From NCBI RefSeq assembly GCF_006345805.1, contig NC_043000.1, positions 35,216,001-35,280,000 of the forward strand: 64,000 bases of DNA. Reading direction: 5' to 3'. The DNA comes from Octopus sinensis (Eukaryota). Position numbers and translations under genes: made by a program. The notes under the pieces were generated by a model. That model had not been told where the DNA came from. It saw only the letters and a list, made by a program, of their open reading frames with translations, and did no database searches. Shown here piece by piece: positions 11,837 to 23,720 of this stretch (positions within the stretch are counted from its first letter, which is position 1; every line of letters starts with the position of its first letter).

Positions 11837-14026
11837 ATGGGCTAGAATGAGTGGTGGCTGATGCTATTGCTGACGGACAATTTACAATGACTTCACTTGT
11901 GTGGGGTGACTTGGTGGTTGTTGTTGTTGTTGTGGTGGTGGTGGTGGTGATGCATCCCCATCCCCCACTTACCTGTCACTACCACCACCACCACCTCATT
12001 TCTTTTTCTGTTCTTTCTCTTTCCTCTCTCTCTCTCTCTCTGACCCCTATAAGTAAACACTGTCTCAGTCATTTAATTAGACAAACACCTTGCAGCTGTT
12101 AAATTAACTCACTGACTCTGGACCCATAAATTTGACCCCTCCTCCCCCTCTATCTCTCACTCCTGCTTGGTGTCTGTAAAGTAGGGGTTTCCTCTTTCAC
12201 TCTTTCTCAGTCTCTCAGTGGAGATAATAAGGAAAAATTTGGTGAATTGTATATTTATTGGGTCAGTATAGTTAGGACTAGTGGTAGTGGTGCTGGTGGC
12301 CATGGTGTGAGTGGAGGTGGTAGTGGTTGGTTCTGCTAGTTGTGTTGGAAGTTGATCAGGTTTGTTAATGGCAGATGTGATTGTTTAATTCTTTAGTTTG
12401 ATGTAACCATCACCTCCACCCACCCATCTTCCGCGCCATATTGGTACAAACCCTTCCCCTCCTTTTCACATATAAATGTTCTATTATATCTTTTCTCTCT
12501 CTCCCATTGCTCTAAAGTTGTGTCTTATAAGGTGGCATCTCAATTTAGCAGAGGTTGATGTTCTTTTGGGATGGGGGTGGGGTAATATTTGATCTCAAGT
12601 TGGGCCTGATTGAGCAGCTCTTAAAATTCATAGGTGTTCTAGCCATGACCATCATGTCTGCTTTTCATGTCTACAACTTCTACTTTACAGACATTATATC
12701 TCAGGTTATGTTGTCCAGTGTGTCCCTCCCTTTTGAAGAGTGTAGGTTATGGTTTGGAGTAGATTTGTCTGCTATTTCTATTCAGTCAAACAACCACTCA
12801 GAAGCTCTCATTTTCACTTGGTGTTGTCAAGGGAATTAGCATTGAAGAATGTTGGCATGATTTACTGTTTGGAATTACTTCAGTGTCTCATTGTTCTGAG
12901 TTCAGATGTCATCAAGGCTAACTTAGTCTTTCCTTGTGTTTGCTGGTCAATAATTGATGAAATAACCAATGGGCAGTGATCAGTTCTATAAATATTATAT
13001 GCCTTGTTATCTGGTCAAAAACATGTAACATTGCTTCATTATTGTTGAAGTGGTATGTATGATACATAGTAGTGATGTTACATTTGTCACTGTTGCTGTT
13101 GCATACAATAGCTGTGTTACATTGGTGCCACTGGTGATGTAACGTTCAGTAGTAATGTTACTTTTTAAAGTAATTGTTCACTGTCAGTTGGAATTGTTCA
13201 GTGATTCTGTTGCTATTCCAAAGCCAGCCATAAAACATCATAGCTTTATTTTTGAGTCACAAACATCAAATCTTGAGCTCATGTTCAAATGATTTTTGTT
13301 CTTATCCTGTGTGATCCTTTTTCTAATGATTAGTGTCGTTTCAAAGAGAATATAATTGTATACCATGGATGATTGTCTTTAGATTTGTACTTCATTCCAG
13401 TCTGTCAAGAATCGAAATCAAAAGACACACAACAAGATGCATCATTGAACTAAATTCTTCCTGTCAGCTTGAAACATCTAACAATTTTTCCCTCTACTGT
13501 TTTTCTTTGATGTGTATATATGTTTGTGCGTGCGTGTATGTGAACACATACCCCCCCACACACACACATTATTTACTTTCCGTAGTAATAATAATAATAA
13601 TAATAATAATAATGATAAAGACACAAACCATTTTATCAAAACCAAATACAACCAACTGTGACACTACACTCAACCATTATTTCAATATTGCTCTCTGAAA
13701 ATAATTCTTGGTTGTAATTTTATTTTATGTTAACCTGCTTAGCCTTTCTCTAAGCTTCCAACTTTATTTTCTGTCTTGACTCCATAACACCTTAATTTAA
13801 TTACTCTAATTTTGTAATTAGTTTTACTAAAAAAAGCAACAGTAAAAAAAGATATCCTCCCCTCCTTTAGCCGAACAAATAATATTTGATTATTGATATA
13901 TTATACCAGTTTAAAGGGTTGTTTAAATTATTTGATTAATGACCTTCATACGTTAACTGCTTTCCTAGCTCTTATCACATGGTATTGGTGTTCATATAGT
14001 TTTTCTTTTAAAAACTAAAAAGAAAT

Positions 14027-14028
<2 letters not shown>

Positions 14029-14119
<91 letters not shown>
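14029..14119. repeat. (TC)n microsatellite
   Basis: About 90 nt of near-perfect CT repeat. Confidence 0.97.
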
Positions 14120-15028
14120 AATTTCTAATATTTATTTGATTTGGTTCGTTTTTTTTCAGTTTAGTAATTAAAACACATTGTGCCATTGTTAGTGTGTTGG
14201 CAGGTGTAAGTGGGGAAGAAGTTTTAGATATAGAACTAGATTCCAATGTTAAATTGAACAAAATGGTTTAATAGAGAGAAAGTGAGAGATTGGTTATTTT
14301 ATTTTGGTTTATATTTTCATTTACCCAGGTATATTTTCAACTCTCCATTTGAAGTTTCTTCTCCATAATTAAACCATTTTCTCCTTCTTTAGCTGAATCC
14401 AAGAACTGTTATTTCATTTCTGTTTGGAGTCAATTGAAATAACCCAATATAAACTTTTTTACTGGTTGTACAATATTTGTCAAAATTCCGAAGAAGTTCT
14501 GACAAGGAATTGAGCCTTGTTAACCATTGTGTCTCTGCTCCAAACTGTTAGCTCTATTGTTCTCCACTGTTAATTGATTAACAAACAGAAAGCACATTTC
14601 TATTTAGCACACTTGCATGAAATAAATAAAACATTGGCTAATTTATTAATACATATGACTAATTTATTAATTGACTAATATATTAATACATATGACTAAT
14701 ACTGGAAAAGTCAATATCTCCTGAGTGAGAGTTAGATGTTTCCCACTAATAAATACTTTGGCCATTCACTGAAATAACTATTGAGTTATTAATTAATATT
14801 ACAAGTAAATGAAATCTTGTTTTCTCAGAAAACACCTACCTGTCAGTGCTGCTGATGATAGAAGCTAATGATTTGATTGCAGCAAATAAAGTTTCCTACA
14901 AGAACACTTCAGTGATATTAATAAAAGAAAACTCTTATTTTTCTGGAAATAATGTAAATCAATTGTTTTTGTTTTCCTTGTTTTAATTTTAAAATATAGT
15001 TTGTTTGTTTCTCCTTTGTCTTTTGTAG

Positions 15029-15376
15029 GGACAAGTACAAGCTCTCGCTCCACATCTGTCAATAAAGTCACCAGTAACAGGAGCAGCTAAACGAAAGTCG
15101 AAATCATTGGTTGACAACAGTTCTTCTGCTGTAGCGCTACAACAACAACTAGCTCAGGTCCAAGCACAGGTACAACAACATCAGCAGCAGCAGCAACAAC
15201 AGCAGGCTGCAGTGGCAGCAGCAGCAGCTGCCGTGCAACAAACCCCTCTCATCATGCTGGCTGCACAGCAAGGCTTGAATCCACAACAGATGCAGCAGCT
15301 GTTGCAACAACAACTCCTGAATCCGAACCAGCTGCAACAAGTTATGCAACAACAGACGTTACTCTTGCAGCAACAG
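15029..15376 (+). CDS. FoxP: FoxP coding exon (first recognisable one): basic patch plus polyQ/polyA region
   Basis: Acceptor ttttgtag|GGA and donor CAG|gtcagt, phase 0/0, 348 nt. Translation GQVQALAPHLSIKSPVTGAAKRKSKSLVDNSSSAVALQQQLAQVQ...PLIMLAAQQGLNPQQMQQLLQQQLLNPNQLQQVMQQQTLLLQQQ resembles the FOXP1/2 N-terminal '[20 protein letters not shown]' segment. Confidence 0.93.
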
Positions 15377-15524
15377 GTCAGTTGCACCACTTCCAAAAAT
15401 ATGGCTCATGTTCTTTTTTTATGCAGTGACCTTCATTTTACATTAGACAGACCCTAATTGGAAAATGCTAAAATGCCATACCAGGTCCTTCCTTGTGACA
15501 GGGTGAAATTCTTTGATTTCCTTC

Positions 15525-15818
15525 ATCATCATCATCATCGTTTAACATCCGTTTTCCATGCTAGCATGGGTTGGACGGTTCAACCGGGGTCTGGGAAGCC
15601 AGGAGGCTGCACCAGGCTCCAGTCTGATCTGGCAGTGTTTCTACAGCTGGATGCCCTTCCTAACACCAACCACTCCGTGAGTGTAGTGGGTGCTTTTTAC
15701 ATGCCACCGGCACAGGTGCCAGGCGAGGCTGGCAATGGCCACGATCGGTTGGTGCTTTTTACGTGCCACCGGCACTGGCAATGACCACGTTCAGATGGTG
15801 CATTTTATGTGCCACCAG
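15525..15818 (-). mobile_element. SINE family A copy (well preserved), about 150 nt downstream of the polyQ exon
   Basis: catcatcatcatcgtttaacatccgttttccatgctagcatgggttggacggttcaacc...ctacagctggatgcccttcctaacaccaaccactcc...gtgccaccggcac. Confidence 0.9.
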
Positions 15819-18270
15819 TACTCTAGAATAGAAACATTTAACGCAGCTAAGACATTGTAGTTTAACCAATCAGCTGTTGTCCCTTACAACAACATAAAGA
15901 CGGCAAAAGTTTCTGTAGTTGAACCAGTCAGATATGCTCTCTCATACAACAAAAGAAACCATTGCTATTTTGATCTTTACACTTTATTACATTTCTCTTC
16001 AATTTTAATCCAGTAAAATTACTATTGCCAGTAGAAGAATCAATAAAGATCCAGGTCTTATGTCTAAAATATTGAGTTATTAAATAACACCAACCGTTTG
16101 ATGATGCTTATGTAATAGTGTTGGAGATGCATGAATATCACAGATTGCTGTTTGCTGCACTTTTTCAATCTACAATGCTTCATGTCTACAAATGTAACCA
16201 TTTCCTAAGAGAAATTGCTTTAATCTGCTCCCATAGTGTCTTCTTTGCTGTTTCCAGTCAACCTCTTCACCAAAAAATATTTCTTTTAGTTAAGCCCATG
16301 CTCAAGTTTTGTCTTTGTTCTTGAAAGGCTTTTATTTATTTAGTTGATTTGGAAAATTTTAGGCATTTGTGTTAGGGAAGGGTTTAAATTAGAACTTTGA
16401 CATACAAAACGAAATGCTTTAACATTCAATTCTTCATATATTGTTCCTACGATCTTCACCATCTCTATGCTTGTTACCACCATCACTACTACTACTACTT
16501 TCTTTGTACTATGCCATCACCATTATTCTGCAAGGCTACCTCGTGTTGTTTTACTATTTCTGTGAAGCTGGATCTACGGCAGTTGCGACACTGGACTTCT
16601 GAATTAGTAGCTTCTCTACAGAAGATTAATCACTAATCTCTCTCCCTACTTAAATGTAAAATCAATTATCATAGACTCTCTTTCATTCCATTTAGACTGT
16701 TCCATTCAAAGAAAGACTACACAGGCAACATGGGTGCTGACCTTCTCCAATTTAACCCTCCCCCCCTCTCGACTTTTATTTATACTCTTCCAGTTCTTGA
16801 CTGTTTTGAATGTCCTCTGTTTTCCAGTAAAGTTAGACATTCAGCTTTTCTCTTTCTGATATTTATTTCATCTGATTTGCTTCCAAGCTTTCCTCAATTC
16901 TTATTTTGTCTACTGTTTCATGTAAAATTCCTGTTTGCATGCAAACATGTATTCCAATATATTTGTTTATATTTCTATAAATACACACATTCCTATCATT
17001 ATTGATTTATTTCTGTTTCTTCATATTATAACAAATGTAAACAAACAAGGCAAAAATTGTTTTGTAGATATTTGCTGCATTTATTTTTTTCCTTTCCATA
17101 AACATTTAGTACGTATGAATGTAGTGTGCACACATACACACACACACATACGTATATGTGTGTTATAAATATGTGTGTTTATATGTGTGAGTGTATTTGT
17201 CTATATTTTTATGTATGCGTTTATACTGTTTCAGTACAAAAGTAGATCTACTTAATTATAATAATTAGATACATTTAATTATGATTATTTAGCCAAACAA
17301 CACTTCCCCCAAAAAAACAATTTTCAACTTTGATATTATCTGCTGTTATTTCTTTTCATTTCTATTTTTTCCTTTTCACTTCATCTTTTATTCACACAAA
17401 TCTGTTCATCACTTTCTTTCTTTCTGATTTCTAAATCCCTGTCTTTACTCTAGCATTCCTTCTTCCATATTACTATATACCAGTAATATATCACATACTT
17501 TCACATCTTTTAAATTTCTGCTACTCTTCCCTTGGAGAACCTGTAAATGGTTATTCAACTTTGAAATAGCAGTCAAATTTTCCTCAAGTTACATTATACT
17601 GTAACCAAACATGTTGGAATGTGGTATTCAGTTTCTACCCAAAGGTAAAAAAAAAGGATGGTCATACCAGAATGCCATTGATTCTAAAACTTTCTCAATT
17701 TAGGTTGATCTGGCTTTTAACAACAATCCCTAGTCCCCGATACCAGCATGTTTGATGTCTTCTCCTCAAGTTTGTGAGTCACACCTTGTAGCTGTTCCTT
17801 TTATTCATTTATCTTATCTCCTCCTTATTTCCACTCCTTGTTGCCATTCACTGCAGCCAGTTTATGTTGCCACCTGTTCAGCGTTGCAGTCATATCTCTC
17901 ACAACACACTTCTCTTACATCGGACCATTTAGTTTAACTCCATTGAAGTTAGAGCATGCTTACAGAGATTGGTTTACAGCATGTGACTCTCGTAAGCCAA
18001 TCATCTCTTCAGCTTTAAGACAATCCTCTCTTAACATTTCATCCTGAGCAGTTGATAATCCTGAATCCTTTTGGGTTATTGCAGTTTGATGTTAATCAAA
18101 TTGTAACTTTAAAATATTTATATTAGAGAAACTAAGATTGTTTTACTTTGTGATTCTGTTTTAATTGATGAACAGTTAATCCAAGAAAGTGACTCAACAC
18201 GGATGGAAATCTTAATTGAGAAAATTACTATTTTTAAATCTTACAACAAGAGATATTAAGTGATAGTACT

Positions 18271-18412
18271 TTGTTTGCCAACATAACATGCCAGTCCTGG
18301 TGTAGGATGAATGTTGCTGTAATTTAGCCCCAGCTGGAGACGATGTCTCCTGGGGCTAAATTATAGCAACATTTGTCCTAAACCAGGACTGTCATGTTAT
18401 GTTGGCAAACAA
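18271..18412. repeat. Long imperfect inverted repeat (hairpin)
   Basis: Arms 18271-18332 and 18351-18412 are reverse complements with 5 differences. There is an inner stem GGAGAC/GTCTCC. Confidence 0.95.
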
Positions 18413-19424
18413 TCTTAATTTAATTCATAAATAACTTAAAATATTGACTGTCTTTAATCTTTAATCCTAATTACAATATGCTGGAAGAAAAAAAAATTAA
18501 AAGAAAATGTGTGTGTAAGTAATAACATATACTTATGTATGTGTATACAAATACATTTGTGTGTGTGTGTTTATCTACACCTATAAATCAACAAATACAG
18601 ATCAATAGAATAAGTAATGGGCTAAAGAAAGTACTGGCAAGGAGAGGAGAGGAGGTTCTGCTAAACTAGTGTCTGAATTGTGAAGAGACTGATGGAGGGC
18701 TGTGATAAGCCTTTCACAACTCTTTCTCTCCATAAAAAGTAGCAGGAGGTCTGTATACTAAAAACTTTATTCAACAACTAATCATCTAGATCAGCTTCCA
18801 GTTTGGATAAGAGAAAGATATCACCCACCTCATCATGTTCCCAAATGTTAAAGATTGTGTTAAGACAATTTTTAAATTATTTGATTCTGGACAACATCAT
18901 TGTAATTATGGGAACATTTGGTAGACTATTCCGCAGAGAATCAAAATGGGTTCATATCATTATCATGAGAATTTAACATCCATGTTAGATGGTTTGATAA
19001 AATCCAACATGTCTGAAGACAATGTTGGACTCTAGGATTCATTTTGATATGGTTTCTATAGCTGGATGTTCTTCCCAATGCCAACCACTTTATAAATTTT
19101 GCATTACCGTCATTGATTGTTGCAAATATGTTCCACAGTTTTCAACTCCTCACTTTTCATGTCATTACCACTTGAGGTATACTCTCTCTATTGAATGCAA
19201 CTTGTTGTAAATCTGTGATTGCTTATTATAACTGTTTTATTGTAAACAAACTTACCAGACATTATCATTTTACATACCTTCTTTATAATAGTTATATTGT
19301 AAAGGGATTGACAAAACATTCATTTGCAGCAACAGACCATTTTTTTATGTAGATTCCTCTAAAACCATGATTTCAGGTTGTAGTAACAAACTGCTTCCAG
19401 AATCCTTTGTCATCTGCTGTCATT

Positions 19425-19640
19425 CATCATCATCATTATCATCATCGTTTAGCGTCCGTTTTCCATGCTAGCATGTGTTGGACGGTTCTACTGGGGTCTG
19501 TGAAGCCAGAAGGCTTCATCAGGCCCAGTCAAATCTGGCAGTGTTTCTACAGCTGGATGCCCTTCCTAACGCCAACCACTCCATGAGTATAGTGGGTACT
19601 TTTTACGTGCCACCCGCACAGGTGCCAGACAGAGCTGGCA
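19425..19640 (-). mobile_element. SINE family A copy
   Basis: (CAT)n tail plus cgtttagcgtccgttttccatgctagc...ctacagctggatgcccttcctaacgccaaccactcc. Confidence 0.88.
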
Positions 19641-20544
19641 ATTAATAGGATTAAACCAAAGTCTCATTGAGCTTTTGAAATTATCAGAATGAAAAGAGTT
19701 TGGTTGTTCTAAAAACTCAATTCTCAACAACAGTTGATATGTCTGAGCGAAACATCTCCATTGAAATATTTGAGTGAAGTTCAGGTGATGGTGCCCTAAA
19801 TGTCTTCCAAAGCAAAGCTACAGATTAAATAGCTGAGTAGATAATCTGTTGAACTCACTAGCCCTTGATTTTTAGGTTTAGTCCCACTGCCGTTATATTC
19901 CTTTATTTCCTGGACAGCAGACATTATTTTCCAAGCCTTGTTTCTCTTAGTTGTCAAGATGAAGCACCAAATTACACAAAAGAAGTTAGCTGTGAAATGT
20001 TACTGTCTTAACCAGGGGTACGTGTAGTTCTCATCTATTTAATGCCACAGAATCTATGAGATAATAAACATCGATCCAGTAGCCTCTGGAATTGACAAAC
20101 TATTAATCAAATGATTTAAAATACATTCAACTAACATTCTTTGTTATATTATATGTAGTGGCAGTGACACTACACCTTTCTCAAGTCATTAGGAACTATG
20201 AAAACATCAAACAAGGGAAGTTCTTTCTTGAGGAGATCATTCAACTTGATGCATGATTATTGCAATAAACGGTTTTTTCAAAAAAAAAAAGGAAAAAAGC
20301 ATTTTTCTTGTATTTTTCAGTTCTAAAACTATTTTATGTCCTTAGTTTGTTACTTCACTTTTTTTCTTCTCCAAAAGTGTTGTATAGGATTTGCATAGTT
20401 ATCAGTAAAGTAATAATCGTAAAATAAACATAACAAGTTACTGTTATCTTTCTTATGGTGTTTTTATGCATTCTGTAGTGACTCTGCCTTTAGACTAGGA
20501 TTGCTAAACGAAATAACTAATAAGAATATTTTCAATCTTTTTAG

Positions 20545-20854
20545 CAACAACAAAAATTACAAGAACAATTACTGCACCAGCTGAATGAACAGCTGCAACT
20601 CAACATTCTACAGCAATCTCAACTCTTGCAACAGCAACAGCAGCAACAGCAGAATGTGTCAGGTGTACAGTCAGGTCCCCTCCATAGTTCGGTTACAGCA
20701 TCAGAAAAAAATAAAAATAGCAAACAGATGAAGCAACGAATGCATGAGTTAAGTATACAACAACAACAGTTAATACAACAGATACAGTTCCAACAACGGC
20801 AGTTCCTTTTATCCCAGGGAATCGGACTTGTACAGCCATTTGGGGTACCTCAAA
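20545..20854 (+). CDS. FoxP: FoxP coding exon: Q-rich region
   Basis: Acceptor ctttttag|CAA and donor CAAA|gtgagt, phase 0/1, 310 nt. Translation QQQKLQEQLLHQLNEQLQLNILQQSQLLQQQ...QQQQLIQQIQFQQRQFLLSQGIGLVQPFGVPQ is in frame with the previous exon and matches the FoxP Q-rich segment. Confidence 0.93.
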
Positions 20855-20968
20855 GTGAGTAAACTTTATTATTTTTAACATATTTCTAATAAATAGTCAC
20901 AACAACAATATTATTTATGCATGTTTACTTTGGCTCATCTTGATGTGTTGTTGTTATTATTAGTTAGT

Positions 20969-21305
20969 GAAGGCGTATGGCTCAGTGGGTTGGAGCATCG
21001 AACTTATGATCGTGAGGTTGTGAGTTCGATTCCCGGACCGGGCTGCGTGTTGTTTTCTTGAGCAAGACACTTTATTTCATGTTGCTCCAGTTAACTCAGC
21101 TGTGGAAATTAGTTGTGACATCACTGGTGCCAAGCTGTATTGGCCCCTTTGCCTTTCCCTTCGATAACATCAGTGGTGTGGAGAGGGGAGGCTGGTATGC
21201 ATGAGCAACTGCTGGCCTTCCATAAACAACTTTGCCCGGACTTGTGCCTCGGACGGTAACTTTCTAGGTGCAATCCCATGGTCATTCTTGACTGAAGGGG
21301 GTCTC
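20969..21305 (+). mobile_element. tRNA-derived SINE family B (young; CpGs retained)
   Basis: A-box TGGCTCAGTGG, B-box GTGAGTTCGATTCC, and a CORE-like ttgagcaagacactttatttc block. Confidence 0.9.
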
Positions 21306-21859
21306 CTCCATTATTAGTTAGGGTGATGAATGGCAGAAGTTGTAGAATTCCTAACCAAATGCCTTGCTGTATTATGTTCTCGTATATTCTATGTTCAAAC
21401 CTGTTGGAGATGATTTTACATTTCATCTTTCCAGGATCCATAAATTGAGCTCCTATCAAGTCCTAGTAACTAAACTCTCTTCTTCCAAATGTCTGACCAT
21501 TGTTATTAATATTGACATATTTTCAACACCTAATAACCATTCTCACTCTTGCCTCCTCCATACGCTTGTGTATGTGTGTGTGTGGCAGTTGTATAAAGAA
21601 GAGCTACATACACAAAATGACTGGGCCCTAAAGAGGAGAGACACCTGAGCAGACATGGAGAAGAAGTCTTGCAGGTTGCGCTTAAGCATATATCTCTTGA
21701 AGATGGCAAAAGACTGTTGACTGGTGACTCAGTACTAGAGGCAACTGTCTAATTGTATAAACAATGCTAAACGAACTTGAAAATTGAGGCTAGTGATGGA
21801 GGCATAAAATACATATAATTAGTCTTAATTTCAGTTCATCTTCCACACACTTCCACTCA

Positions 21860-22460
21860 TTCATATATGTAGCTTGCACCCCCACATACTACATACACAT
21901 CTACCACACATGCACACACACTTCCATTTCCTGACATGTACAAAAAAACCTTTCACACATGCCAATATAGACACATGTGCAGACATACATGTACATATGT
22001 ATACACAAACACATACACATATGCAAATACACACACACACAGCAGCACCAATGCACTGACACCCCCACACATTCATACTCATGTACACACAAATACATAT
22101 ACACACACACAGCAATACCAATGCACTCACACACAGCAATACCAATGCACTCACACACTTGTCACTTTGCTTTTCACACACACACACACACACACATCTG
22201 TATGCATATACACACACATACTCACACACTCATACACACACAGCAACACCAATGCACTCACAAACTTGTCACCTTGCCTCACACTGCCAAATTTAACCAT
22301 GGCTGCAGGCCTGTCCACACCACTCCTTTACATATACTTTACTCACACTAACACAAACACATGTGCACACAGATACTACTACTACTACTACCACCACCAC
22401 CACTACTACTACTACTAATACTGCCACTACCACTGCTACCTCCGCCACCACCACCACTAC
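21860..22460. repeat. (CA)n-derived and (ACT/ACC)n low-complexity tract
   Basis: Degenerate CA repeats followed by act/acc trinucleotide runs. Explains the overlapping HT-rich spurious ORFs. Confidence 0.9.
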
Positions 22461-22699
22461 TACTACTTATTTCTTTACTACCCACAAGGGGCTACTACTA
22501 CTACCACAAACACTGGCCATTTTTGCACTCTCCTGCCTTAAAATCCTCTTTTCCCTGTCTCTCTCCACTTCTGCTAAGTAACCAAACACATGCTTTTCTT
22601 GAACTATTCTCCCATCTCCAGGTCTTTCCTCTCTCCTTTTTCTGATGAAGAGCCATGTTTAAAACATTATACACTCACCCTTTTTTCCATCTTATACAT

Positions 22700-22990
22700 T
22701 CTGTGTGTACGTCCTTTTTACTTTTGTTGGTCTTTATTTTTGATTTTTGACTGTCCCTCTCGCGTCTGACCATTCTGACCGAAGTCAGACGCCATGATAG
22801 ATCGTTAGCTACTACACGCATTTTTTTCTCTCCTTGTTTTTTTCTGTTTATCTTTCTGTTGAAGAGCGTATGCTCGAAACATAAAAGACTTTTTCTATTC
22901 CTGAGTGCTATACTAATACATTTGTTTGTTTGTACACCACCAGCCTTCGTCTTTTGTTTATTTTCGTAAAGTTTCCCTTTATATATATAT
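22700..22990 (+). mobile_element. Penelope-like element terminal-repeat remnant with a degenerate hammerhead motif
   Basis: CpG-rich island ending in (TA)n. Contains a 9-bp hairpin (22762-22792) and TCTTT-CTGTTGA-A-GAGC-GTAT-GCTC-GAAAC-ATA-AAAGA (22851-22888). The PLE assignment is inferred from the hammerhead-like core. Confidence 0.55.
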
Positions 22991-22994
22991 AATC

Positions 22995-23170
22995 TTTGTA
23001 TGTATTAGTTTGTTCCCCCACCATTGCTTGACAACCGATGTTGGTGTGTTTACATCCCCGTAACTTAGTGGTTCAGCAAAAGAGACTGATAGAATAAGTA
23101 CTAGGCTTAAAAAAAACAAGTTCTGGGGTTGATTTGTTTCATCTAAAGGTGGTGTTCAATCATGGGCGCG
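22995..23170 (+). mobile_element. SINE family D copy
   Basis: accattgcttgacaaccgatgttggtgtgtttacatccccgtaacttag...aaaagagactgatagaataagtactagg. Confidence 0.8.
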
Positions 23171-23454
23171 AGAGAGATACTGTTTAATTTGCTGTCCCCT
23201 CTCCTTCTGTAACCCCCCTCCATACTCTCTCCTATTCACTGAGCCATGCTTCTAATCTGATGAGAGAGGGTATTGAACCTGCATATGTACTCGGTGCCAC
23301 TCCCACAATCTTCATCATAAGGCATTTGTATAAGGCACTGCATCAGGTCTTCTCTCCCCTACACTCTACCCTGAATCACTTGTTGTTGACAGCCATCACT
23401 CACTCTCTTTTTCCAATCTCCGCTTTCGTTACCTTCTCTTCCTCTCTTTCCCTT

Positions 23455-23720
23455 CTTACTCTAATCAGTCTTCCTCTCTTTACCTACTCATCATGGCTCT
23501 TTTTCCAGGTCTCCTTCTTTCTCTTCCTTTACCCCTTCCTCCTCTCTCCCCCATCTATTCCCCCTCTAATCTCTCTCAATTTTCTTCCCCCTCTTCTCCT
23601 TCTCCCCCTCCTCTCTTCCAGCCTCATGCCCCTCCCCTCTTCCCTCACCCACATACCCCTCCCTCTCATCTTCCACCCCCACATCCACCTCTCCCTCTCC
23701 CCACCTTCTGCCTTGAACAT
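23455..23720. repeat. Polypyrimidine (C/T) low-complexity tract
   Basis: About 260 nt almost entirely C/T. Source of the proline-rich spurious ORFs. Confidence 0.85.

Noticed and set aside
15149-15396. Minus-strand poly-Leu and poly-Cys ORFs
   Set aside because: Antisense shadows of the CAG/CAA-rich FoxP exon.
20969-21045. tRNA-like sequence (also at 2643 and 31420-31492)
   Set aside because: It has A and B boxes but no complete cloverleaf, and continues into a SINE body. It is a SINE head, not a tRNA gene.
21861-22645. HT-, CV- and poly-T/L/P-rich ORFs
   Set aside because: (CA)n and trinucleotide repeat artefacts.
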